NCBI GenBank assembly: GCA_963555825.3
Contig: CAUVXB020000002.1
Coordinates: forward strand, 1,376,001 to 1,440,000
Reading direction: 5' to 3'
From: Alphaproteobacteria bacterium
Lineage (GTDB): Bacteria; Pseudomonadota; Alphaproteobacteria; JAAXGF01
Length of the DNA stretch: 64,000 nt
Below are positions 10,972 through 19,914 of this stretch, in pieces. The notes beneath the pieces were generated by a model that made no database searches, had not been told where the DNA came from, and saw only the letters and a program-made list of their open reading frames with translations. Position 1 is the first letter of the stretch. Every line of letters starts with the position of its first letter. The position numbers and the translations under genes are program-made.

Positions 10972-11041
10972 GTACCACCCCGTGACGAACCCACCGCAAA
11001 GGTAACGCCGGCGGCGTGGATGTAAAGCGCCGAAAACATTG

Positions 11042-11854
11042 CTAACCCTTGGTATGACCTTGGCGCGCCGCGATCAGCGTCTCGGCGAACTCGGCGAAGC
11101 CGTGGCCGCCGCGTCGGCGCGTCACCCAGGCGGGCTCGGCGTCGAGGCGGCCCGCGAAATCGGCGACGTTGGCGACGCCGACCGCGTCGGGAAAGTAGGC
11201 GAACATCGGCGCGTCGTTGGGCGAATCGCCGACGAAGACGGTCGCCTCGCGCACTGCGTCCAGCGCGACGCCGAATAACTCATCGAACATGCGGCGCGTC
11301 ATCTTGAGCTTGTCGTAATCGCCGAACCAGCCGTTGACGTGGATCGAACTGACCTTGGCATGGGCGCCCGCGGCCCGGAAAATCGCGACGATGCGCGCCA
11401 CTTCGGTCTCGTCGAGCGGCGTGACGTCCTCGCGAAAATCGATCGCCAGGTCGGCCTCGCGGTACGCCTGATCGGCGGCGACGGCCGCGCCGGGCACTTC
11501 GGCGAGAATTTGCGCCTCGATCTCGGCCAGCCGGCGGCGGTCGGCCGCCCGCGCCGCCGCGTCCTGCCAATAGCGCCGGCGCATGGTCCGCGCCGCATCG
11601 TCGTAATGAAAATAAAACGCACCGTTCTCGCCGACCACGCCGTCGACCGGCCACATGCGCGCGATGTGGTCGCACCAGCCCGCCGGGCGACCGGTGACCG
11701 GCACGACGACGAGACCCGCCGCGCGCAATTGCGCCATGGCGGCGAACGCCTCGGCGGGTATGCGGCCGTCGAGCGTCAACGTGTCGTCGATGTCGGTGAG
11801 CAGATAGCGCACGGCGCGGCGGCGGGCGGGCGGGAACGCGCTAATTGGACGCAT
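11042..11854 (-). CDS. HAD-IIB family hydrolase
   Basis: LTDIDDTLT, VTGR and GDSPND HAD motifs. Confidence 0.88.
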   Translation of the reverse strand: MRPISAFPPARRRAVRYLLTDIDDTLTLDGRIPAEAFAAMAQLRAAGLVVVPVTGRPAGWCDHIARMWPVDGVVGENGAFYFHYDDAARTMRRRYWQDAAARAADRRRLAEIEAQILAEVPGAAVAADQAYREADLAIDFREDVTPLDETEVARIVAIFRAAGAHAKVSSIHVNGWFGDYDKLKMTRRMFDELFGVALDAVREATVFVGDSPNDAPMFAYFPDAVGVANVADFAGRLDAEPAWVTRRRGGHGFAEFAETLIAARQGHTKG

Positions 11855-11953
11855 GATCAGCGGCAACACGGCACGGTGCACGCCCTGGCATGCGCGGCGC
11901 CCGGCTCCTTCGTCGTCAGCGGATCGACGAGCGGCCGCGTGGCCGCGGTTTCG

Positions 11954-12163
11954 TCACTCGACGAGCGACAGGTTCTCCGCCGAGCTGCGCCCCCGGTCGT
12001 CGGAGACCAGCTCGAATTCGACCTTCTGCCCTTCGCGCAGACCATCCAGCCCCGCGGCCTCGACGGCCGAGATATGCACGAAGGCGTCTTTGTCGCCGTC
12101 ATCCGGCTGGATAAACCCGTAACCCTTGACCCGGTTGAACCATTTCACAGTACCGACAGTCAT
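11954..12163 (-). CDS. cspA: Cold-shock protein (CspA family)
   Basis: GTVKWFN, KGYGFI (RNP1) and FVHISA (RNP2). Confidence 0.93.
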   Translation of the reverse strand: MTVGTVKWFNRVKGYGFIQPDDGDKDAFVHISAVEAAGLDGLREGQKVEFELVSDDRGRSSAENLSLVE

Positions 12164-12257
12164 CGTTCGAATCTCAGTGCGTATGTTTGTGGTATCCGCG
12201 TGAATAGCACGATCCGCGAGCTCTGGAAACTACTGTCATTGCACAACGCCCCCGCTC

Positions 12258-12400
12258 ATGGATGGGGTTTCAGGGGAAGGTCCTGGACCTTCCCCTGACC
12301 CTGATACCGCCATGGCGGCGTTCGCTTGGGCGGGTGAGGACATGCTCCGCGCATACGCGGCCCTCGGCCACGGTCGCTACGCATCCTCCCCCGTGCCCCC
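12258..12400 (+). repeat. Multi-hairpin repeat family A, copy 1 (extra sequence in the loop of hairpin 3)
   Basis: ATGGATGGGGTTTCAGGGGAAGGTCCTGGACCTTCCCCTGACCC...GCCATGGCGGCGTTCGC...CATCCTCCCCCGTGCCCCC. Confidence 0.85.
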
Positions 12401-12504
12401 TCCCGTTCGCTTGGGCAGCATCGCCATTAGTTCGAGGAAGGTCGGGGCCGGGCGCTGGACTTGCTATGATGGCCCGTCGAAAGGGCATCGGGGAGCGCCG
12501 GGTC

Positions 12505-12792
12505 ATGGACGAGGGGCCACGCGTCGAGATCACCTATTGCCGGCAGTGCCGTTGGCTGCTGCGCGCCACATGGACCGCGCAGGAGCTGCTGACCACGTTC
12601 GACGGTGAACTCGCCGAGGTCGCGCTCAGGCCGGGCACCGGGGGCGTCTTCGAGGTCCGCGTCGGCGACGCGCTGCTCTGGTCGCGCGCCGCCGAAGGCC
12701 GCTTTCCGGAGATCAAGGAGCTCAAGCAGCGCCTGCGCGACGTGATCGCCCCGGACAAGCCGCTCGGCCATTCGGACGCACCCGAAAGATGA
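12505..12792 (+). CDS. Rdx family (SelT/SelW/SelH) protein
   Basis: ITYCRQCRWLLRA CxxC motif; ELLTTF and GGVFEV. Confidence 0.9.
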   Translation: MDEGPRVEITYCRQCRWLLRATWTAQELLTTFDGELAEVALRPGTGGVFEVRVGDALLWSRAAEGRFPEIKELKQRLRDVIAPDKPLGHSDAPER

Positions 12793-13767
12793 CGGCTAAA
12801 GACGTACCAATGGATGGGGTTTCAGGGCAAGGTCCGAGACCTTCCCCTGACCCTGACGCCGCCATGGCGGCGTTCGCGGCGGGGGAGAATTCATCCTCCC
12901 CCGCGCCCCCACCTGTCAGTACGGTGGTCCTCGCTGCCCTCGCCGCTCTCGGCGCTATCGATCGCCGCACCGGCGCCGGCCGGCACGCCGGTCGAGCTCG
13001 AGCTGGTCCTGGCGGTCGATGCCTCGAGCAGCGTCGACGACGCCGAGTTCGCGCTGCAGATGCGGGGTATCGCGGCGGCGTTCCGTGACGCAGACGTGCA
13101 GGCGGCGATCGACGGCGCCGGTGGCCGAGGCATCGCCGTCGCCCTGATCCAGTGGTCCGATTTCGTCGGCCAGCGGAAGACGGTCGATTGGACCTTGGTG
13201 CGCGACGCCGCGGGCGCCGCCGCGCTGGCCGACGACATCGCCGCCGCCGGCCGCGCGATCCCGGGCGGCGGCACGGCAATATACGGCGTCGTCAACTTCA
13301 CGCTGCACGAGCTCGACGTCAACGGCTACGACGGGCGGCGCCGGGTGATCGACGTGTCGGGAGACGGCCGCTCCGACCTCCTGGTGCCGACCACCGCGGC
13401 GCGCGACCGTGCGGTCCGCCGCGGCGTCGTGGTCAACGGGCTCGCCATCCTCGACGACGAGCCGATGCTGGACGAATATTACCGTCGCTACGTGATCGGC
13501 GGCCCGGGCGCATTCGTCATGACCGCGGCCGACTACGACGCCTTCGCCGAGGCCATCGCCGCCAAGCTGATCCGCGAAATCGCCGGTCCTCGCGTGGCAA
13601 AAAGACGGCCCGACGACCCGCACATGGATGGGGTCGCAGGGGAAGGACTGAGTCCTTCCCCTGGTTCTGACGCCGCCTTGGCGGCGTTCGCGGTGGGGGA
13701 GGATTCATCCTCCCCCACGCCCCCACCTGTCAGTTCGGTGGACACAAATCCCTATCGAGGTTCGTGA
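12789..13767 (+). CDS. DUF1194 (vWA-like) exported protein with an apparent +1 frameshift near 12951 and repeat-derived peptides at both ends
   Basis: ELVLAVDASSSVD, VIDVSGDG and VIGGPGAFV motifs; ATG at 12789 overlaps the Rdx stop; removing one G at 12951-12952 restores signal peptide VVLAALAALALSIAAPAPA. Confidence 0.75.
12810..12927 (+). repeat. Repeat family A, copy 2
   Basis: Three hairpins: CAGGGCAAGGTC-CGA-GACCTTCCCCTG, GCCGCCATGGCGGC, GCGGGGGAG-AATTCATC-CTCCCCCGC. Confidence 0.9.
13624..13741 (+). repeat. Repeat family A, copy 3
   Basis: Colinear with copy 2 over 118 bp, with compensatory stem substitutions. Confidence 0.9.
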
Positions 13768-14179
13768 TCATCGGATCGCGGCACGCTGCCAGATGGATCA
13801 AGGCGTCGTTGGCGTGCATCCGGGCGCGAAAATCGCCCGGCGCCGCGGCGCGGCGCAAGGCCGCCTCGCCATCGGCGCCCAGCAACACCAGAAGCGCGCC
13901 GGCCGCGACCGCGACGGTGCCGCGTTGGTCGGTGAGCATACGTTCGAGGACCGCCGCATCGGCGACACCGATCGCGGGGCGCGCGTCCTTGATCGTGTCG
14001 GCGGTGACCGCCCAGGTGAAGTGGCGGCCGAAATGCAGGTTGTCCTCGACCAGATCGGCGATCACGTCATAACGGCCACCGTGCCGCGGCGCCGTGTCGC
14101 GGGCGATGAACCACGCCAGCCCGCCAAGCGCGATCACGGCAGCAGCGATCCAACAGTATCTCGATGATAAGAACTGCAT
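13730..14179 (-). CDS. Hypothetical membrane-anchored protein
   Basis: 149-aa ORF with N-terminal hydrophobic helix WIAAAVIALGGLAWFI and host-like codon usage. Confidence 0.65.
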   Translation of the reverse strand: MQFLSSRYCWIAAAVIALGGLAWFIARDTAPRHGGRYDVIADLVEDNLHFGRHFTWAVTADTIKDARPAIGVADAAVLERMLTDQRGTVAVAAGALLVLLGADGEAALRRAAAPGDFRARMHANDALIHLAACRDPMITNLDRDLCPPN

Positions 14180-14219
14180 GATGTGAATGGTACACGGTTG
14201 ACTGGAGACGGCGCACTAT

Positions 14220-14267
14220 TGGATGGGGTCACAGGGGAAGGCCCGAGGCCTTCCCCGGACCCCCACC
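14220..14267 (+). repeat. Repeat family A, copy 4 (first hairpin only)
   Basis: TGGATGGGGTCACAGGGGAAGGCC-CGA-GGCCTTCCCCGGACCCCCACC, 41 bp from the tRNA-Glu 3' end. Confidence 0.8.
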
Positions 14268-14308
14268 AAGTGGGGCCGGAGCACCATGATCAATCCAATT
14301 CAAAAATC

Positions 14309-14384
14309 TGGCGTCCCCAGGGGGAGTCGAACCCCCGTTTTCGGCGTGAGAGGCCGATGTCCTAGGCCACTAGACGATGGGGAC
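14309..14384 (-). tRNA. tRNA-Glu (anticodon CTC)
   Basis: GTCCCCATCGTCTAGTGGCCTAGGACATCGGCCTCTCACGCCGAAAACGGGGGTTCGACTCCCCCTGGGGACGCCA; 76 nt. Confidence 0.97.
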
Positions 14385-14450
14385 GTCGGGCCGGGGCGAA
14401 GTCATATCCCAGGCGGGCGGGCGCGGTCAACCATCGGTTAAAACCAAGCC

Positions 14451-15500
14451 TCAGGCCGCCGCCTCGCCATGGCGCGTCGCGGCGTCGACGAAGGCGGCGA
14501 TCTCCGCCTCGCCGGTGTCGAAAGCGGTGACCAGGCGTATGACGGTCGCGTCCGCCACGCTCTCGGGCCAACGGTAAAACAAGAAGCCATCGGCGATCAG
14601 CGCCTCGATGGTCGCCCCGGGCAGACGAGCGAAAAGCTGGTTGCCGTCGACCGGGTGGGCCAGCCCGGCGCCGGGCACGGCGCCGAGGCCCTGGGCGAGG
14701 CGTTGCGCCATGGCGTTGGCGTGCGCCGCGTTGCGCAGCCACAGCTCGTCTGTCAGATAGGCCTCGAGCTGAGCCGAGACGAAACGCATCTTCGACAAGA
14801 GATGACCCGCGCGCTTGCGCCGGTACGCCATCTCGACGGCGAGTGCGGGCGTGAACACGACGACCGCCTCGGCCGCCCAGGCGCCGTTCTTGGTGGCGCC
14901 GAACGACAGGATGTCGACGCCGGCGCGCCAGGTCATCTCGGCCGGCGTGCAGCCCAGGCCGACCAGCGCATTGGTAAAACGCGCGCCGTCCATGTGCACG
15001 CGCAGCCCATGGCCCCGGGCCACTTCGGCCAACGCAGCGATCTCGTCGACGCGGTATGCGGTACCGCATTCGGTGAGCTGAGCCAGGCTCAATGTTGCGG
15101 GCTGAAACCGGTGGACGTCGCCGGTGCCGTCCGCAGCGAGCACGGCGGCGAGGTCGGCGGCGGCGATCTTGCCGTCCGCCCCTTCGACCGGCACCAGCCT
15201 GGCGCCGCCGGCGTAGAACTCGGGCGCGCCGCATTCGTCGACCAGAATATGTGCCTCGGCGTGGCAATAGACCGCGCCGAAGGGCGGCGTCATGACCGCA
15301 AGCGCGAGCGCGTTGGCCGCCGTGCCGGTGACCACCGGGAAGACCGTGACCTCGTGTTCGAAAATTTCGGCGAAGCGCGCCTCGAGCCGCTTGGTCGCCG
15401 TGTCGTCGCCATAGGAGGTCTCGGTTCCCGTGTTGGCGGCGGCCAGTGCGGCGGCGATCTCGGGCGACGCGCCGTGGGTGTTGTCGCTGCGAAAATCCAT
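14451..15500 (-). CDS. ltaE: Low-specificity L-threonine aldolase
   Basis: MDFRSDN, GTAANALAL, HMDGARF and SFGATKNG (PLP lysine). Confidence 0.9.
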   Translation of the reverse strand: MDFRSDNTHGASPEIAAALAAANTGTETSYGDDTATKRLEARFAEIFEHEVTVFPVVTGTAANALALAVMTPPFGAVYCHAEAHILVDECGAPEFYAGGARLVPVEGADGKIAAADLAAVLAADGTGDVHRFQPATLSLAQLTECGTAYRVDEIAALAEVARGHGLRVHMDGARFTNALVGLGCTPAEMTWRAGVDILSFGATKNGAWAAEAVVVFTPALAVEMAYRRKRAGHLLSKMRFVSAQLEAYLTDELWLRNAAHANAMAQRLAQGLGAVPGAGLAHPVDGNQLFARLPGATIEALIADGFLFYRWPESVADATVIRLVTAFDTGEAEIAAFVDAATRHGEAAA

Positions 15501-15523
15501 AGTGAGAATTCCGAGTTGATTGA

Positions 15524-15838
15524 TTATTGGGAGTCGAATTCGAGCACGCCGAGCGTCGCGCCGGTCCGCCGGTCGACCGTCACGACGCGTTGGCGACCCT
15601 GCGCGTCCTCGACCAGGAACGACAGCGCGTCGCCCTCGCCGGTCATGCCGAGCACCCGCTCGCCAGCGGCGAGCGGTACCGCGACAGTGACGGCACCGTC
15701 TGGCGTGGCGTCGCCCATCGATCCGGCGCGGCGCACGATTTCATACGCCACCATGGTCGCGGCGCCGACGATCAGCACGCCGAGGATGATGACGACGGCC
15801 TTGAGCGCACGGGTGCTTTGGGTCCAGTCTTGGGTCAT
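15524..15838 (-). CDS. Hypothetical single-TM protein divergent from rluD
   Basis: RALKAVVIILGVLIVGA transmembrane helix; start uncertain. Confidence 0.7.
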   Translation of the reverse strand: MTQDWTQSTRALKAVVIILGVLIVGAATMVAYEIVRRAGSMGDATPDGAVTVAVPLAAGERVLGMTGEGDALSFLVEDAQGRQRVVTVDRRTGATLGVLEFDSQ

Positions 15839-16820
15839 GACCGCCAAGGGTGAAGTTCGTTACGTCGTCGACACGGGACCTGGCGACGCCGGCGCGCGGC
15901 TCGACAAGCTGCTCGCCGGCGCGCTGCCCGATCTGTCGCGCAGCCGCATCAAGGCGCTCGTCCTCGCGGGCAGCCTGGTCGCGGGCGGCGAGACCATAAC
16001 CGACCCGTCATACCGGGTCAAACCCGGCCAGCGTTTCGCGCTGACCGTGCCCGAGCCGGTGCCGGCGACGCCCGTGGGCCAGGACATCGCGCTTACCGTG
16101 GTCTACGAGGACGCCGACCTGATCGTCATCGACAAGCCCGCCGGACTGGTCGTCCACCCGGCCGCCGGCAACCACGATCGCACGCTGGTCAACGCGCTGA
16201 TCGCCCATTGCGGCGCGTCGCTCTCGGGCATCGGTGGCGTGCTCCGGCCGGGCATCGTGCACCGGCTCGACAAGGACACCTCGGGACTGATCGTCGCCGC
16301 CAAGAACGACGTCGCCCACACCTCGCTCGCCGCCCAGTTCGCCGACCGCAGCCTGACGCGCGTATACCGCGCGCTGGTCTGGGGCCTGCCGTCGCCGCCG
16401 GTTGGCGAGATCGAGGGCGCCATCGGGCGCTCGCCGCGCAACCGCAAGAAGATGGCGGTGATGACGCGCAGCGGTAAGCCCGCGCTGACCCGCTATCGAC
16501 TGATCGAGGCGTTCGGCGTGGCGGCGAGCCTGGTCGAATGCCGGCTCGCGACCGGCCGCACGCACCAGATCCGCGTCCACATGACGCATCGCGGCCACCC
16601 GGTGATCGGCGATGCGCTCTATGGCCGCGGCGGCCGGCGCACGGCGATGGTCGACGATCGGGTCCAGGGCGCGATCGCCGGCCTCGGCCGTCAGGCGCTT
16701 CACGCCCATTTGATGACGCTCCGCCACCCGAGAAGCGGCCTGGAACTCAGCTTCGAAAGCGAATTACCCGTGGATATCAATGAATTGATCGAGGTTTTCA
16801 GAAACGCGACCCCGATTTGA
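15837..16820 (+). CDS. rluD: RluA/RluD family pseudouridine synthase
   Basis: S4 domain RLDK; DKPAGLVVHP, GIVHRLDKDTSG and TGRTHQIRVH. Confidence 0.92.
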   Translation: MTAKGEVRYVVDTGPGDAGARLDKLLAGALPDLSRSRIKALVLAGSLVAGGETITDPSYRVKPGQRFALTVPEPVPATPVGQDIALTVVYEDADLIVIDKPAGLVVHPAAGNHDRTLVNALIAHCGASLSGIGGVLRPGIVHRLDKDTSGLIVAAKNDVAHTSLAAQFADRSLTRVYRALVWGLPSPPVGEIEGAIGRSPRNRKKMAVMTRSGKPALTRYRLIEAFGVAASLVECRLATGRTHQIRVHMTHRGHPVIGDALYGRGGRRTAMVDDRVQGAIAGLGRQALHAHLMTLRHPRSGLELSFESELPVDINELIEVFRNATPI

Positions 16821-16846
16821 CGGGTTCGGAACAAAGTGTGAATATT

Positions 16847-16874
16847 CTTGATTTTTCGCGCCCGATGCTTATAT
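16847..16874 (+). promoter_or_regulatory. Putative sigma-32 (RpoH)-dependent promoter upstream of rpoH
   Basis: CTTG-N17-CTTATAT, matching the alphaproteobacterial RpoH consensus CTTG-N17-CYTATNT. Confidence 0.65.
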
Positions 16875-16954
16875 ATACCCACAAGATTGGAGCAATACCA
16901 ATGAGGCCGAGCGCGTGGGCGCCCGGCCGTGTCGTCTTAAGGGTGTCGGTATTC

Positions 16955-17848
16955 ATGGCTGAAATTACGTTGCCGTCGGTGTCCTCCGAGGGCGGGCTGT
17001 CCCGCTACCTCGCCGAAATCCGTACGTTCCCGATGCTCGAGCGCGACGAGGAGTTCATGCTCGCCAAGCGTTGGCGCGAGGACGGCGATTCGGACGCCGC
17101 GCACCGGCTGGTGACCAGCCATCTGCGCCTGGTCGCCAAGATCGCCATGGGCTATCGCGGCTACGGCCTGCCGATCGGCGAGCTGATCTCGGAAGGCAAC
17201 GTCGGCATGATGCAGGCGGTCAAGCGCTTCGAGCCCGACCGCGGCTTCCGGCTCGCGACCTATGCCATGTGGTGGATCCGCGCGTCGATCCAGGAGTACA
17301 TCCTGCACTCGTGGTCGCTGGTCAAGATCGGCACCACGGCGGCGCAGAAGAAGCTGTTCTTCAACCTGCGCAAGCTCAAGGCCAAGCTGCATGCCTTCGA
17401 CGAGGGTGACATGCACCCCGCGACGGTGGCCGAGATCGCCCAGCAGTTGGGCGTGCCCGAGGTCGAGGTCGTCAACATGGACCGCCGGCTGGCCTCGAAG
17501 GACCACTCTTTGAACGCGCCGATCGGCGGCCTCGACGGCGAAGGCGCCGACTGGCAGGACCTGCTGGTCGACGAGACGGCCGAGGACCAGGAGACTGCGT
17601 TCGCCGCCCGCGAGGAGCTCGCCCAGCGCCGCGCGCTGCTGAGCAACGCGATGGGCGTCTTGAACGACCGCGAGCGCCACATCTTCACCGAGCGCCGCCT
17701 CGAGGACAAACCGAAGACCCTTGAGCAGCTCTCCAAGGTCTACGACATCTCCCGCGAACGCGTCCGCCAGATCGAAGTCCGCGCCTTCGAGAAGGTCGAG
17801 AAGGCGGTCAAGGCGGCGATGGCGGAGCCGACCCCCGCCGAGGCTTAA
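16955..17848 (+). CDS. rpoH: RNA polymerase sigma factor RpoH (sigma-32)
   Basis: RpoH box QKKLFFNLRK; LVTSHLRLV and SRERVRQIE. Confidence 0.96.
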   Translation: MAEITLPSVSSEGGLSRYLAEIRTFPMLERDEEFMLAKRWREDGDSDAAHRLVTSHLRLVAKIAMGYRGYGLPIGELISEGNVGMMQAVKRFEPDRGFRLATYAMWWIRASIQEYILHSWSLVKIGTTAAQKKLFFNLRKLKAKLHAFDEGDMHPATVAEIAQQLGVPEVEVVNMDRRLASKDHSLNAPIGGLDGEGADWQDLLVDETAEDQETAFAAREELAQRRALLSNAMGVLNDRERHIFTERRLEDKPKTLEQLSKVYDISRERVRQIEVRAFEKVEKAVKAAMAEPTPAEA

Positions 17849-17851
17849 CGT

Positions 17852-17952
17852 CAGGGGGCGCGGGGGACGAGTCCCCCGCCCCTTCCAGCCGCTGTCAGGC
17901 GGCCCACTCCCTCGTTCGCGAACACCAATTAAATGTATACTGCTTACGTTTA
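17852..17952 (+). repeat. Repeat family B, copy 1 (hairpins plus 8-7-8 site 1)
   Basis: ~98-bp direct repeat of 18488-18585 with about 5 mismatches. Confidence 0.9.
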
Positions 17953-17985
17953 GTAGTGGCAGCCACCCAATGCGCGCCACCCCAT

Positions 17986-18008
17986 TAAATGTAAGCAGTA
18001 TACATTTT
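17986..18008 (-). repeat. 8-7-8 palindromic site 2 (core inverted)
   Basis: TAAATGTA-AGCAGTA-TACATTTT; core is the reverse complement of TACTGCT. Confidence 0.8.
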
Positions 18009-18045
18009 CCGGGACGGGCGACCGCCCGCAGGCGGCGTCGCGGCG

Positions 18046-18408
18046 TTAGGCGACGGAACGCCCTGCATTCCAGCCCTCGGGCCCGAAGACATGCGGCCCG
18101 AGCGCGGGATCGGCGCTGTAACGCGGCACCAGATGCATATGGAGCTGGTGGTCGTCGACGTCGCCGATGAGCAGCAGGTAGAACCGCTCGACGTCGGTCG
18201 CGGCGCGCGTCTCGGCGGCGAATTTGGACACCAGCGACCCGACGGCGCGCCATTCCTCGGGCGTGACGTCCTCGAGCCGGCCCTTGTGGGCGGTCGTCAT
18301 GACCACCGCGTGGCCGTCGAACTGGGGTGTCGGAAAGGCGACGATCCGCGCCAATCCGGTCTCGTCGGTGGCGAGCGTCGGCGCGGCGCACAAGCGGCAA
18401 TCGGTCAT
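18046..18408 (-). CDS. HIT family protein
   Basis: N-terminal CxxC (CRLC), GHAVV, and HIT-like motif DHQLHMHLVPR. Confidence 0.8.
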   Translation of the reverse strand: MTDCRLCAAPTLATDETGLARIVAFPTPQFDGHAVVMTTAHKGRLEDVTPEEWRAVGSLVSKFAAETRAATDVERFYLLLIGDVDDHQLHMHLVPRYSADPALGPHVFGPEGWNAGRSVA

Positions 18409-18434
18409 CGGCCCTCTCTCCGCAATTCAACGAT

Positions 18435-18473
18435 AGAATGTATACTGCTTAGGTTATTATCTAGGTTATTATC
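18435..18473 (+). repeat. 8-7-8 site 3 followed by a 12-bp tandem duplication
   Basis: AGAATGTA-TACTGCT-TAGGTTAT; TAGGTTATTATC occurs twice (18450-18461, 18462-18473). Confidence 0.7.
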
Positions 18474-18487
18474 GGACGCCTAACGAA

Positions 18488-18606
18488 CAGGGGGCGCGGG
18501 GGACGAGTCCCCCGCCCCTTCCAGCCGCCGCCAGGCGGCCCACTACCTCGTCCGCGAACACCAATTAAATATATACTGCTTACGTATAATAGTCGGCTTA
18601 CGTTTA
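18488..18606 (+). repeat. Repeat family B, copy 2 (site 4 plus a degenerate half site)
   Basis: TAAATATA-TACTGCT-TACGTATA at 18566-18588, then GGCT-TACGTTTA ending at 18606. Confidence 0.88.
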
Positions 18607-18607
18607 A

Positions 18608-19900
<1,293 letters not shown>

Positions 19901-19914
19901 CTATCCGTGCCCCA

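Noticed and set aside
12258-14267. Repeat A array as a classical integron/CALIN
   Set aside because: I could not identify attC R-box consensus (RYYYAAC...GTTRRRY), there is no intI in the window, and the enclosed genes are not all co-oriented.
17930-18588. 8-7-8 sites as chromosomal dif/pdif sites
   Set aside because: Geometry and sequence do not match the 11-6-11 XerC/XerD consensus (TTATGTTAAAT arm); kept only as an unknown site.
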